Assembly: GCA_000320545.1 (NCBI GenBank)
Contig: ADNK01001596.1
Coordinates: 62,001-126,000 of the forward strand
From: Bigelowiella natans CCMP2755
Lineage: Eukaryota > Protista > Cercozoa
Direction of reading: 5' to 3'
DNA length: 64,000 nucleotides
The translations under genes and the position numbers were made by a program. How positions within the stretch are numbered: the stretch's first letter is position 1; each line of letters starts with the position of its first letter. The notes beneath the pieces were generated by a model, which made no database searches, was not told the DNA's origin, and worked only from the letters and a program-made list of their open reading frames with translations. Of this stretch, positions 20,600 to 33,374 are shown in pieces.

Positions 20600-21130
20600 A
20601 CGCTTTACTAGTTTATTAATGTTGTACTAAATATTATCGCACGCGCCTATCAATACTAGAATACATCGCAAGTCGCTGCTGCAATACCAATGCAGCTCTA
20701 GAGCTGATCATGTAGGCTGTCACCTACCTGCCTAATTTACATGGATGCATGCATCCATGATCGAGACATGGCGCGGGGCACAAGCAAAGGCCACGAGCAT
20801 CGATCGGAGAGATGTGATTACAAACATCATGCAATGAACTTTTCGACATTGCTTGGTACACTATCCTAGGTACACGAATCGCGCTAGAGCCTAGATAGCT
20901 GCGCCGCGTCGCACCACTCTAGCTGACTGCTACTGACTGCTTCTTGCATAGTCTAGATAGGCAATAGCTAGTTGTCGGCAGCGTTTACGTTGAAAAGATT
21001 TAATCACTTCATTAGATCTACATCCGTCTCATGCATGCATGGATATAGTCCGTGCGCTCATGCTTCATGCTCATAGAAGTACGTACGTGAGCAGCTACAA
21101 ATACGCACAGAGAATACTAACGCACAATTA
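20600..21130. other. Convergent CTAG/CATG-rich spacer
   Basis: CTCTAGAGC, GCTAGAGCCTAGATAGC and ATGCATGCAT words. Contains a copy of the TGAGACGGATGTA repeat. Confidence 0.7.
20988..21031 (-). repeat. Dispersed TGAGACGGATGTA-family repeat, copy A
   Basis: Reverse complement TGAGACGGATGTA(GATCT)AATGAAGTGATTAAATCTTTTCAACG aligns with the copy at 25540. Confidence 0.75.
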
Positions 21131-21299
21131 CAGCACTGTCCTTGCGGATCCTCCAAGCCAAAGCTTTAATTTCTCTACGGCTAAAATTTGAACTAGACTC
21201 CATAAACGCCAAACTAATTGGCGCCAATATCATTGAACCCAATGACGTTAATTTCCCACACATAATTAATTTAAAGACATTCATTCAAATATCTGTTCA

Positions 21300-22212
21300 T
21301 CATCCATTCTCCATACAAGCACTAGACTCCCTGGTCTTGTTCTTCAAGCAAAGACCAGCGAGAACGTAAAGGGATGCTAATGTGGGCTCAGATTCATTCC
21401 TCAACATTTGATACGATTTCCCATTGAATCCGTCGAGTGAACCAAATGTTTTCAGCAGGATTTGCGACGTGCTGTTCTCGATGCCAATGCCCTTTTCGAG
21501 CATAAGGGAGTGCAAATCTTTCCCAACGTCTATTTTCTGTCGCATTAATAAGCGACGAAGGATTATATTGTATGTCTCCGAAGAGGCTTGGAGTTTCCAC
21601 TGATCCATGCGATTTAATACATCGACAGCATTCTCGAGTCGATTGGCGTTCACATAGGCCAGAAGAATGTCCATGTACATACACTGAGAAAGACATCGTT
21701 TCAGATATAAATCTTACTGTTATTTATTAGGAACCGGTGGTTCAGATTCCAATAAACGAAAAGGAGGTAATATTGATGAATCGTGTGTATCTTTTTCAAC
21801 CAATGGGTAGATTTTTCTACTTTCTCTCTCATACGATTAGAGAAGATGAGGGTAGTCATTATTTATCATTATTACTCTTGGTGATAGTAGCAGTGGGGTG
21901 ATATGAATGGTGCCCTACCAGTGAAGGTTTCAGGTTTTGTTCGTGCAGCCGCATTAGGACACGTTCTGCCCCTTCGAAGTCGACCAACGACATGTTTCTT
22001 AATGGAAATTTCCATGAAGCAACCATTGGCATCCGCAGGTAGCTTTTGATGAGAACGACGTAGTGCAGCCTTTTTGGATGCTGCAATCTCGAGAATCTTT
22101 CTTGCATCAAGGAGCAGTTTTGCCCCCTCCTCAGCATTTCCTTGAGTAGTGTTTCCCAGTCTTCATCCCTCAATTTGTTTGGATCTTCGTCCGCCCTGAT
22201 AGTTGGTCGCAG

Positions 22213-22249
<37 letters not shown>

Positions 22250-22593
22250 GGATGTTTCAAGGTAAAACACTCCCTCGATGATAGCTAACAGCACAACATC
22301 ACAAGAACTACTCACAGTGATTCTGCAACATAGTGCTTTCTGTATTCAATTCTGATGGAGCCCAGCCGCGGTATTCTTCTCATGAGACTGTAATCGTTCC
22401 TCCAGCTGTGCCGATTCCATATGCTGATCGTCGGGGATTTCTTCTTCATTGCCAGCGACACCCCAGTAATCTGATATCGTAGTAGGTCAATTGGATTGTG
22501 AGTAGATGCAAGTGTATTTTGTCGCGAGGAGGATGCGGTTTTGCCTTTACTATCTGATAACTTGGTAAGAACTCCACGCACACACGACTCTCT

Positions 22594-22658
<65 letters not shown>

Positions 22659-23719
22659 CCTCTCTCTCTTATCTCTTTCGCACTCAAAATTACCTCAGAT
22701 GCGCACAAGCTCTCATTCTTCAGTAGGGTACCATTTGTACACGTAAATACGATATCTTTCCAGCCCTCAGCAAGATTTGCGGTATTAATACTTCGCAGCC
22801 GCCAACGTCCGCCGCGACAATTTGAACGATCCTCCCAGCATGGGGCTATGCCTTTACGCATGAGGAACCTGAAGTACAAGTTGCTGCTGTCTCAGACACT
22901 TAGACGGCTTTATTGAAATAGAGAACAAATTGCAACCAGAAGCCGTCGCCCTTGGTGAAGTTTATTCTATGGAATGTGTTGATGATATCTTGTCTTGAGC
23001 GTGCCTCCTCGAGCTTCTCATAGCTCCCTAAATCCCACCTAATATTTGACGGTGAGAGGTTAATCGATGGTTACATAATAATCATAATAATCAGGTAATT
23101 ATGTACCACATCGAGATTCATTCCACCCACATCATGATCACTTTCATAATCAATGAAATTCATGAAATTCTGCCGTTTCGGGGCCAAATCGTAGGTTGTG
23201 CTGATTAATACCCTGCCACCCCCCACCACAACGAACCTGTTTGATGTCGCCGAATGATACCACCACACCCAGGTGTATCTGAAGCGACTTCTGTCTCTCT
23301 CTCTATGGCGCGAGCTAATCCTGGCCATTGGGCATCGAGAAGACGAAGTTCGAGGTTGCTTGTCGAGCTGAGTTGCATCATTGGCGGCCATTAGCAATGG
23401 AAAAAGCGGTAATGGGGCCCAGTAAAAAGCTGACAGAAACAAACTTGCGTTGTGCAGTATGGGAAGATAAAAGTCGAAGCCCCACCCAAAAATCAAAATC
23501 TATGCTTATATTGTTCCATTCGCTTACGTGGCGAGTGGGATTGTTGTCTTTGCCTCTTCGTGCTTCTTTCTTAACGGTAGAGGAAAGTAGACGTGACTCC
23601 CCCCTCCCACACAGGACCAGAGCGAGAAGAATTGTCGTTAGACACATAGCTATAACCGTCCACTTACGACGACAGATTTTCCTCGGCCTGGGCCCATAGC
23701 AAGGGGCGGAATAAATCAT
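21300..23719 (-). CDS. eIF4E-domain / pentatricopeptide-repeat fusion protein with signal-peptide-like leader
   Basis: eIF4E motifs are YTWVWWYH, FLMRKGIAPCWED...N.RGGRW and ITGVSLAM....ISIWN. These splice in phase (CT|GTGAGT ... CAG|G) to PPR-like helical pairs HYVVLIKSYLR, YMDILLAYVNANRLENAVDVLNRMDQWKLQAS and TYNIILRRLLMRQKIDVGKDLHSLMLEKGI. Alternative start at 23391. Confidence 0.8.
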
Positions 23720-24176
23720 CCGGAAACGAGGAGGGGGTTAGTGCTTCGTCATGATCCTTTCTTCGTTTCGATTTTGGCCACTCTTCTGTCTGATAAGAGC
23801 AAACCCACAACACTTGAAACACGCAATATTGAATTTAGGCCTAATAATAAGCGGAAAATACCTAAACCTCTCTTTCCAGAGTTGAATTTGTTTGAGAGAA
23901 TGAGTACGTAACATCCAAGCAACATCCAACCCCTGGCACTAATTTGCTCCGGTTTAACCTACCAGAAGCTTTCTTTCTGAACTGGGTAAAAATCGATGTC
24001 GTTCTATATAAATCTCCTATATTTATATAAGTTTTGTCCGTCGCTGCAGCGCAACAGAGCTCAGGAAGAAAGGGCTTTCTGTGAGGCAGCGAGATTGAGG
24101 AGGTTCCATTTTCCTGGGTCTTGGATTTCGTTACGTATTGCTAAATTCTAACCCTTTATTGATTGAATAGGCTCAA

Positions 24177-24248
24177 ATGTCGTACTCGGGACAAAAAACT
24201 AAACAGGTTTGTGAAGTCTTTTACAACATTACAACACAAATAGAAGGC

Positions 24249-24299
<51 letters not shown>

Positions 24300-24866
24300 G
24301 GTGGGTGCGTTATGTTCTCGTACAAAATCATAAAGAAACTATTGGAACACGTACCAAGTAAAATTTGTCTTTAACAGGAAGGGAAAGACTACGAAGCTTC
24401 TCGATCATATGCTCAATCATCTTCATCACACTTCATGAACCAGCAGAGTATGGAACTCGATGCCTCTCAGTTAAAACTTGGCAAGGAATTTCATGAAGCA
24501 CATTGCTTATGGAATGCAGAGGTAGCTGTGATTCTGGATACTGTGATTAAAAGAGAAACGCTAAGTGATAGGAATAAAGACTTGGTAAAGACGACATTAG
24601 ACTATGTAAATAAGTTCAAGTATTTCCCCACGAAAGAAATGGCTAAGAAGGCAAGGGAGTATGTTGAAGATAATACTAAGCCCGATAGGAAAGGAGGTAA
24701 ACCAGGTATTGACATCGAACAATTTGAAGTCGCTGAAATGGCGAACACAGGAATATTCCAGGCTGAGGAAGCCAGAGAACTTCTGCCAACCGTAAAGGAA
24801 AAATTTGAGGGTAGAGAGGATGAACTTGAAGATTTCCTTTCCGGTCTCACAGAATATGTGGGTTGA
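24177..24866 (+). CDS. RPB4: RNA polymerase II subunit RPB4
   Basis: Motifs ELDASQLKLGKEF..AHCLWNAEVAVIL, KTTLDYVNKF and FEVAEMANTG...AEEARELLPTV. One intron at ~24207-24377. Confidence 0.9.
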
Positions 24867-25182
24867 ATCAATTTCGTGGTATTCGTTGGTTTCCAGTCGG
24901 GGCGATTTTTCTAGTCACCCCGATTTTTGCGATAGGCACGTGCGCATTCGTGCCTTAATTGAAAGTTAAAAGTAATACACTAGTTCATGTCTATTGAGAA
25001 TGCTCCAGCTGAAAACAATTTGACGTCCCTGGCATTCTAAGCGCTTTGTGTTCAGTTGCGCAGATGCTGTGCGCATTGCGTAAAAGTTCCAAATGATCCA
25101 GTCGTATATGTATCTATAATAGCTACATGTACATCAACAACGTAACGTAACGTTGCGCACATTGGCGGTTATTTTATCATTA

Positions 25183-25281
25183 TGAGACGGATGTAAGACG
25201 GATGTAATCAACCAATTAAATTTGTGCAATAATGGTCATCCTAATGTAGCTGTGCAATGCCAGCGGCTTACAGCGCTAATG
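25183..25281 (+). repeat. Dispersed repeat copy B (with internal 11-bp duplication AGACGGATGTA)
   Basis: TGAGACGGATGTAAGACGGATGTAATCAACCAATTAAATTTG...AATGGTCATCCTAATGTAGCTGTGCAATGCCAGCGGCT. Confidence 0.85.
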
Positions 25282-25539
25282 TTGAATCTGTTGGTCTACG
25301 CTATGATGTGTTTCATGCAATCAAATGCATGTGGCTCGGTCTTAAATGTCACGCATTTCCCTAGTTTCGCGCAGCAGTGCGTGTTTCCTTCTCATCGCAA
25401 GTCAATCTTTTCGTTTCGTCGTCGTGCATCACCATGTAATGTGGCAGTGAGCTGATTCCTCTAGTGGCGTTGACACGTGCCGTGGCAGTGTGCAATGAGC
25501 AAGAAATATAGAAAGCAAATGATCTACATCGATCTTCGA

Positions 25540-25640
25540 TGAGACGGATGTAATGAAACGATTAAATTCTTTCAATGGTCATTCTTATTCTGTCATTGTG
25601 AGACGGATGCATTAGGTGGTGCGCAAACCAGCGGCTAGAC
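25540..25640 (+). repeat. Dispersed repeat copy C, with a second head at 25599
   Basis: TGAGACGGATGTAATGAAACGATTAAATTCTTTCAATGGTCATTC ... TGAGACGGATGC ... CCAGCGGCTAG. Confidence 0.8.
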
Positions 25641-26104
25641 TACTACATAGCTCTGCAGCTAGCGTAGCTAGCATGGAGCGCCTGTGTGTTGTTCGTATTT
25701 GTTGGTTCATCTACATAGCTAGATAGGCATAGTAGCTTGACTTGCTTCGCTAGCTAGATAGTGCCATGCATGGTGTCCATACGCCAACCTATAAATCATG
25801 AACACATGTACGTGTACTACTACCGCTACTACCTACGATATTCTACCTTTAAAAGATGACACCACGACGGCATGTAGATGCTACACGAGAAGCCGCCATC
25901 ACTAAATCACACCGCATCTCGAATTAATGCGCGATGCAATCCTAGCGCTGCGCATGACGACACGCTGTAGCGAGTGAAATAAATAAACACCCAGCTAGAA
26001 CGTCATCACAACATCCATCACATAGATACTGTTACCACACTATAGTGGAAATAACTTTAATTAGTTGCACGATTGGTAGGCATCAAAGGTACAATCACAC
26101 TGGT

Positions 26105-27287
26105 CTAGCCGTATGCAATGTCCGGATTAGGATTTGGGTAAGAGTGTGGATAAGAATTCGGATTCGGCAGTTGCTCAGACTGCCTGAATTTGTAGATGTC
26201 CTCCGCAATTTGCTCATCATCAAGTTGCGAAAATTCACCTATAACTGAAATCTTACTTTCATACTCGGACATCAGCACCTCCGTATCCTTCCCGAAAAAA
26301 AGGTATTTAACTATTTCGTAAATCTCTCTTCGAACAGTAGGATTGTAGAAGAAGAACAAGGCGTCTAACAAACCAAACGTACTCGAGGAGATAGCATGAA
26401 GCAACTGGAAAGTGTACGGTGGTGTAATAAAGATTGCGATGAAGCGATTTAGTGTTGGCGCCAGTAGACCCCAAATGAGAATTAAGGGGTAGAACTTGAG
26501 CAACTCAAAAGGCCCAGAGATGATTTTCCTCTCTTGTCCCGCTCCGTCAAAATTGCGCAGTTTTTGCCATATCGTGTAGTATATATACGTACAGTAGAAC
26601 ACATATATCCAGCTTAATCCATAGAGCGAAAATATGCGGACCATAATATACATGTCACTCTCCTTTCCTTCTTTGACCCAGCACCAATTCCCGGCGTCTC
26701 CATAAGCATTGAACCACATCGGTAACGACGACGGGACCACAGGAAACAGTTGGCATAATACAAAGAATATCCTCATCATGTAGGAATGGTCGATTGGTTC
26801 TCCAGAACTGATGCTGTTTGCGACTACACGATGCAGCGTGTATGCAGTGGCGCAGGCCCACAACATCGCGCTTTGCAAACCTAGAATGTTGAATAGGATG
26901 CTCAGTGTTTATCATGCTTGCTAAACCAGTACGACGAAACTGTTAGAAATTATCAAACCGTAGTTGATGAAGAATGCTTGCGCTTGGCACCTGAAGCTGT
27001 CCTCTCCATACTGGGCCATATCTCCGATTCCAAACACACAGTAGAATATGAAGTCGTTCAGCAATATGAAGAAAACCATTTGGAATGCCATTGTTGGCCG
27101 TAATTTTTCCAGTCCAAAGAAGCAAATCATTGCGAGCAAGACTGCACTGGCACTAATCCAGGATCCAATCCTGGTGAAGATTACCTACAGAGCAGCATTG
27201 GTGAGTTTTATTTTCAGTTCCATATTCAACGGAAACCATTTGTAATCAGACCAGAGCATGATGTTCTTCGGCCACAGACTGCACCAT
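26105..27287 (-). CDS. cAMP-receptor-like (CAR/GCR1 type) 7-TM GPCR
   Basis: Three exons giving RCQAQAFFINYG|LQSAMLWACATAYTL, YGDAGNWCWV, LKFYPLILIWGLLAPTLNR and FGLLDALFFFYNPTVR. Seven hydrophobic segments. Confidence 0.85.
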
Positions 27288-27769
27288 TTGTACTTATTAT
27301 TCCGTGCAATTATCTCTTTAATCCACGATATTGATACGCCCAGCTACGAATGGAGGCCGACAGTCCAGCAGCTACCTACTGTGCTACCATGACGCTGCTG
27401 CAAGCTTGAGTCGGTCGGCTGCAACAATACAAAATCATCACACATCGTCGGTACTTCATCACCGTCATGAGTTCTATCACTGTGAACACTTCCATTCCTC
27501 TGTTAGTCATCGTCTGATTCAGTTACCGTATTTTCAGCTCAGGCCTCCTCCTCATGCTGCATGGTTTCTTTGCTCGGCGACATAGACCAGCTAGTAAGAT
27601 GCAACTCCCGACGAAAAACTACGGGAAAACAATCTATTTTTAATTTTACAGACAAATATACATGTACGACACGATACACTTGAAGTCGTAACAAAAAATC
27701 ACACATTTACGCCACTGCAAACCTGAAAGAGTAGGGACTAGATCTGATGAAGAGGTTCAAGAACGAGTA

Positions 27770-29833
27770 ATGAGGCAGCGCTACAGAGCTGTTGTGCAGT
27801 ACATCGGCACCCGGTCGTCGCTCCTTGGCCAACAATCAATGATGACACAATTATTTATAGATTTTAACGAAATCAATACCTCAGTTATCATGGCTTCGCG
27901 CGCTCGGAGGGCTTTCCGACGGTGCAGGAAGCTCTGGACAGAGCAGTGGCTGTTCTTGGAGCCCAAACACCGAATAATAACGTGATTAACGCGATGAATG
28001 TTGCTGGGGAGGAGGATAATAGTCGGCGGAAACGCAGAGGGTTCTGCGTGGGCGCTGGAAGAACGGATGCGGGCGTGCATGCTCTAGGTAACAGCCGGTA
28101 AGGAATGCGCGGAGCGAGTTGTAGATTTACCCGCAGCTGCTCTATTATTTACCAGGCCAGGTGATCCACTTCGATTTGTCACGAACGCAGCGGAAGACAA
28201 ATGATCCTCTGGAGGCAATATCAGGTAGTTCGCAAGAACCTCTCATCTTTCATCTGTCTTGGTAAGCTAAACAAATGTCCTCGCTTTGGCACGAAGCCGA
28301 AATGATTCATTCATTGCTGAGCTCGAACAACACGGCTTCTCTGTTTGAGCACTATGTTCTTAACAATAGGGGACAGCGTCAAGAATGCTGTGAATTATTA
28401 CCTCAGGCAAAATCAGAATGCAGATATCCAGGTTGTGCAGCTAACTGCTGGTGGAAAAAATCTAGACGCCATTTCGATAGATGCGAGCTGTTGCGATGTC
28501 TCTTCGTTCCTCGAAGGGAATGTTAGATTGAGATGCCTTTCAACAAACTCGCTGTATTGTTTTGAGACCATTTGGAATAATCATATGAATTAATGATTTA
28601 TTAGGTAGTTTCTGCATCGAAGGTGAGCTCAGACTTCCATGCAAGATATAGCGCACGGATGCGGCATTATGTGTACCGCGTGGAACTAACAGAGGATCCG
28701 TCGCTTTTTGAATCGCACAGGTTTCCTTCTTCTCAGGATAGACCATGATTATGTACTCTAACTGAGCCGCTGAAACACTGCAGAACCTCTCACTTTTGCG
28801 GTACAACTCGCACATAACAGGTCATGGCACGTGCCGGAACAACTGGACTTTGAGCAAATGCAGCTTGCAGCTGACGTACTAGAAGGCGAGCACGACTTCT
28901 CTTCCTTCAGGGGATCTAGATGCCAAGCTCGTTCGCCCATCAGGTCGTCCTGAGTTGCAGCTAACAGGGGAAAATCCAGCTTTCTTGAGAAGCACCGCCA
29001 ATAACACACTCGCATTCAATCAACAAATAACGGATGAACGCATTGTCGGTGCATGCATACATAACAGGCGAATAGAAGCTATAAAGCTTGACGGGTACAA
29101 TATAACGGAGGATTTCTCTCCCCGTGTAGTTTCGTCTGCGTCTCTATGCCAAACCTCCTCGTCTTCTCAACTGCTGCGAGCAATCGCCACCACCACCATA
29201 AAGCAACCGGACATACTACACGTGCGTGTGGCTAGCCGCGGCTTCCTGTATAACCAGGTATTAATCTTCACAGGCACGTAGGTCTATGCTTGCACATTGT
29301 TATATATCGAGTCGGTGCATCTGTATCAATCTGCATCAATGTTGATGTCCTCTCTCAATACCTGGTGAGGTTCGGCGAATGGTTGGGGCTCTCGTGGATG
29401 TTGGCAGGGGAAAGGTACGCATTATTTTGCGCGGTCACAAAATTAACATTTAAGGCAGCCCAAGATTCTGATGACAACATTTCTACCGATATTAGCCGTT
29501 GGCATTTTATTCCTGTGTGAGATACACATTTTAAGCATCCTCATAAAGAAACCACGCGTTGTTGTCCCTTCGGAACTTCAGCATTTACGTTTGACGCTAT
29601 TTGAAGCTTTATATGTGTGTGTCTGTGTGTAGATATCTGTCTCACAAGTGCGCGAGATATTGGAGAAGCGAGATAATAGCTTGGTATTTTCAAACAATTT
29701 GAAACGTGAAAAAGAGCTTTCGGTTCATTCTCTGACGACTTCCTTAATCCGTAATATTTATCAGCTTCGAACAGTTGCACCCCCGCACGGACTTTATTTC
29801 GCGAAGGTAGAATATGATAACATTTTTAATTGA
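27770..29833 (+). CDS. truA: tRNA pseudouridine synthase, TruA family
   Basis: Multi-exon. Motifs [12 protein letters not shown]|[17 protein letters not shown]|[25 protein letters not shown]|VRRMVG and [13 protein letters not shown]. Confidence 0.9.
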
Positions 29834-29859
29834 TTGAAGGGCATTCTCTTCTCAGAGAG

Positions 29860-30780
29860 TTTGTGTGCAGCGCAAAGTCACTATGTGCACTGTCAATTAT
29901 CATTGCAACTTGGTGATTAAAGATGCCACAACGAGTGTATCTGTAGCAGTTCCATCGCATGGCAAGCAAGCTTTACTGCATCAATTTGCATTGGTGGCCG
30001 GATTCACATCTATACAGCGCCGAACAATGATCATTGCAATAGCTAGCATGCACTTTGCTATAATTATGCTCGAATTACACATTACACAACGCGCTGGTCG
30101 CCTGATCGACTTATTAGCCAGTGGAAGCCAATCAGTCTGCATTAACATGCGCTACTTAGCTAGTTAGCTAATCTAGTGATGCTCGATCGATCAGGCGTGC
30201 GCTAGCAATTGCAAGTCAAAACAATGCGAAGCACACGCAGCATGACCAAAACAACATGCACTTGATTGCATGCATGAAACATGCACATCACGCATAGCGG
30301 AGACCAACAGATTGAGCATGCATGTACAATAGCGCTGCAAGTAGCCGCTGCGCTGCATTCTAGCATTGCACAGCTACATGAGGATGACCGTTAAACAAAT
30401 TTAATTTGATCGATTACATCCGTCTCACAGACTGCTAGCATGTACATGCATGCTAGCATGCCTACCAGCTAGCAGCTGGATGTGCATGTATGGCTGTGCT
30501 AACAGAGGCATCTAGGCATGGCAAAGTGTAAGCGTTTGTATACGCACGTGCGCATTATTTTCGCATTGTTGGCAGATGTCTTTGTGCGCTTACGCTTATG
30601 TAATAAGCTTGCGTATACATGTAAAGCTTCTTAGACTATCTAGCTATTATTCATTTGCATCCGCACGCTCAATATCATGTATCTTGATCTAACCAGCTCG
30701 ATCTCCAGAACTAGAGAATAACACGCATGCGCAACGACCGAAGATGTAGTATAAATTCACGCAAAAGTCTTGAAAAAGGC
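29860..30780. other. Convergent CTAG/CATG-rich spacer containing repeat copy D
   Basis: Words such as AGCTAGCATGC, TAGCTAGTTAGCTAATCTAG and GCATGTACATGCATGCTAGCATGC. Confidence 0.75.
30327..30427 (-). repeat. Dispersed repeat copy D
   Basis: Reverse complement TGAGACGGATGTAATCGATCAAATTAAATTTGTTTAACGGTCATCCTCATGTAGCTGTGCAATGCTAG...CAGCGGCTAC aligns to copy B over ~90 bp. Confidence 0.85.
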
Positions 30781-30850
30781 TAAGATTACATTACGATAGC
30801 ACGTGATCAAATCAAATGAGCTGATGTCATGGATTGCTTCACAAGGAGCA

Positions 30851-33374
30851 CTAACTAAATCGAAAAGAAGAACCCAGCCGAGAAAGAATTGGATAGTGGT
30901 TGGGACTTTGATTCGGTGAGGGTGCGTACCATTGCCTGAGGTAATAACATCAAACTATGGAGTCAGGAGAGAGCATTCCTTCGGGAAATTATTAGTTATT
31001 ATTAGGATGTCGACTTACAAGCACTGTCGCTGGACCCCATTGATTTGTTCTTCGGATTCGCTTATCATTCCATACCGCTCTTTAAGGTTATCAAGTGCGT
31101 CTTCCATCACCTGTGAGGTGTATGAACAGAAGGGAGAGGAAGGGGAGGGGGCGGCAATGAGGGCTTAGAGATCATGGCATGAAAAGTAAGAGCAAGAACC
31201 ACGACTCATCATCATCATCACCACCATCATCATAATCGTATTCCCTCTTGCTCTTACCTGAGGATTACTCTGATAGCCCATGATGCTCTTTAAATGTTCT
31301 ACCGGCACCGGCATATATTGCTTTGAACCGAATGGACCATCACTCACGCTTTGCTCCAGCTCTTCCCGAATCCTAGCTGTGAGCCTGTTGTGCAGACGTA
31401 AAAAATATGTGAAATTGTGTACGTTATGCTTTCTTCAACACAACACTTTTACTACCCGGCATTTCTTCAACCTTTTCCCAACACGAAGAAATGCACGCAC
31501 CAGTGTTACATAATAACACTGTTGTCGCGAAATGATAACACATAAAATCTCACCTGGCAATTGTCCATCGGTGCCACAGCTTTCGCAGGTAGATCGATGC
31601 AACGCCCATTGCTGGAGCAACATACTTCCAGTTCGCCAGTGCGAATGAGAGGAGCGGCCACACGCATTTATTCAAAATATAGCACCTCCACGAATACCGT
31701 CGATAACCCATGCTAGAAGTATACAAATTTCCGCGATTCTTTATGCCAGTTTTGGGATCGCTCACTATCTCGCGCAGCACCTTATCTTGTCGCGTCCTGA
31801 GATCCCTGAGATCCAGACCCTTGCTCCTAACTGCTTCTCCGTATTGCTCCTCCAGCTTCGTAGCTATCTGTGAAGGGTTGAGCCCTGGCGGTGTCGACGT
31901 CCCAGAGCATTCTCGCCTTGCTTGAGCTTCCTCGATCGTTTGTATGATAAAGGGTTTGAGCTCCCTTAGCACCCAGATGGGCCGGCACTTTGAAGACTTT
32001 TTCTCATACCACGGTTGGCAATGTGTAAACTCTCCCATTTGGCAATATCCATTGTCCGGGCATGGGATGCAAAGAGTCTTGGATTGCGATGCATACTTGC
32101 CGGTGTCGCAGTATTTCAAAAATGCTGGGTGGCTGACATAGCGATAGACTCTCTGGGCACATAGGAACGCAACCAGAAAAATCAGAATACTACCCACTCC
32201 AGCGACCCCGGATGAGCTGAAGCCTTGCTTTGTGGAGGATATGAGAGACTGAGTCGCTTTCATTGTGGAGTTGAGCACTGCTAAAGCAAGTCTGATGGGA
32301 GCAAGCAGTGCCCACACCACCAATCGTATGAAAGCAAGAGGCAACTTAATAATATCTTTCAATGCATTCCCAGATCCAAGTCGAGGGGGAGGGGGAGGAG
32401 GAGTAAGGGATTGCGCGGGTGATGATGACGATGAAAATGATGGTCCTCTTGCTGCTGGGGTGCTCTTCTTACTCTCCTGCTGTTTCACTGCATCATCTTC
32501 AGGAACCCCGAAAGCTTCTATGTAAGCCTAATAACGTGTAGTAGAGAATAGAGTTATCAATAAGCTCATTCAACAAGTGCGGATGATGAACATGATAATC
32601 ATTGTGATGCATCGGTAGAGGCAGTGGTAGCAGTTGTTGTTGTAGTAGCACTCGCAGGTTTTATAAATATCACATAAATTTTGAAGATAAATACTCCGAT
32701 GGCGGGGAGGAGGAAAGGAGGGAGGGGGGAAGAGAGATCTAGTCCTACCTCAATAAGTTGTTGCCTTCGCTGGTAACTTTTCGTTTGAATTCCCACCATT
32801 TTCAGCTGCTTTCTCATTTCTTTAACAGTAAGGCCCTTCATTGAAGTCGGCGTCGTATGCTTCTTCACACCTTGCCTCTTGCTGTAACTTCCCACATGGC
32901 TTTCTTTCTCCTTTTTTGCACCCACAGTTGTTGTGTGATAATTATCCGCGTGTATGTGCTTGACATCCTGTTTGCCCTTTCTAACGACGTACGCATTGTC
33001 GTCGTGTTCTTGTTCTCCGAGCTCTTCCAGTTCTCCATCGAGTATTGGCGCTAACTCCTCTTCACCTACCCAACCCATATGCTCCTCCTCCTCTACCTCA
33101 TCTTCCCCCTTCACGTCTTCGTCTTTCACCAAAAAATCAGCCAATTCAGGCTGGGCCCGGCGTCGTGGCGCTGTTCGAGGAAGTCATAACATAATTTTAG
33201 TCATTGGCAACAACTTCGGAGTTATCAAAAACAAATCGCAAAAAAATGCAGTTTACCGGTCTTTCGCGCACTCTGGAACACGTTATCTCCTGAATCCTTA
33301 CGTTCCCATATTGCGTTCATCGCGGACTTCCTCCTTCCACGCTTTGGCCTTTTTGTAGGGCGAGGGTCTGTCAT
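30851..33374 (-). CDS. MAN1/Src1/Heh-like inner nuclear membrane protein (HeH/LEM + 2 TM + MSC domain)
   Basis: HeH-like LTVKEMRKQLKMVGI...RQQLIEAY, then a TM, a luminal YCDTG...CIPCPDNGYC..G...CQPWY...C segment, a second TM, and C-terminal PVPVEHLK...QCLQW. N-terminal basic NLS KRPKRGRRK. Confidence 0.8.

Larger units (their letters stand above)
24930..26040. other. Convergent CTAG/CATG-rich spacer containing repeat copies B and C
   Basis: GCTAGCTAGA, CATGCATG and TACATGTACA words. Confidence 0.7.

Noticed and set aside
25183-30427. Composite transposon carrying GPCR and TruA between inverted repeat copies
   Set aside because: No target-site duplication or transposase, and further copies lie outside in other spacers.
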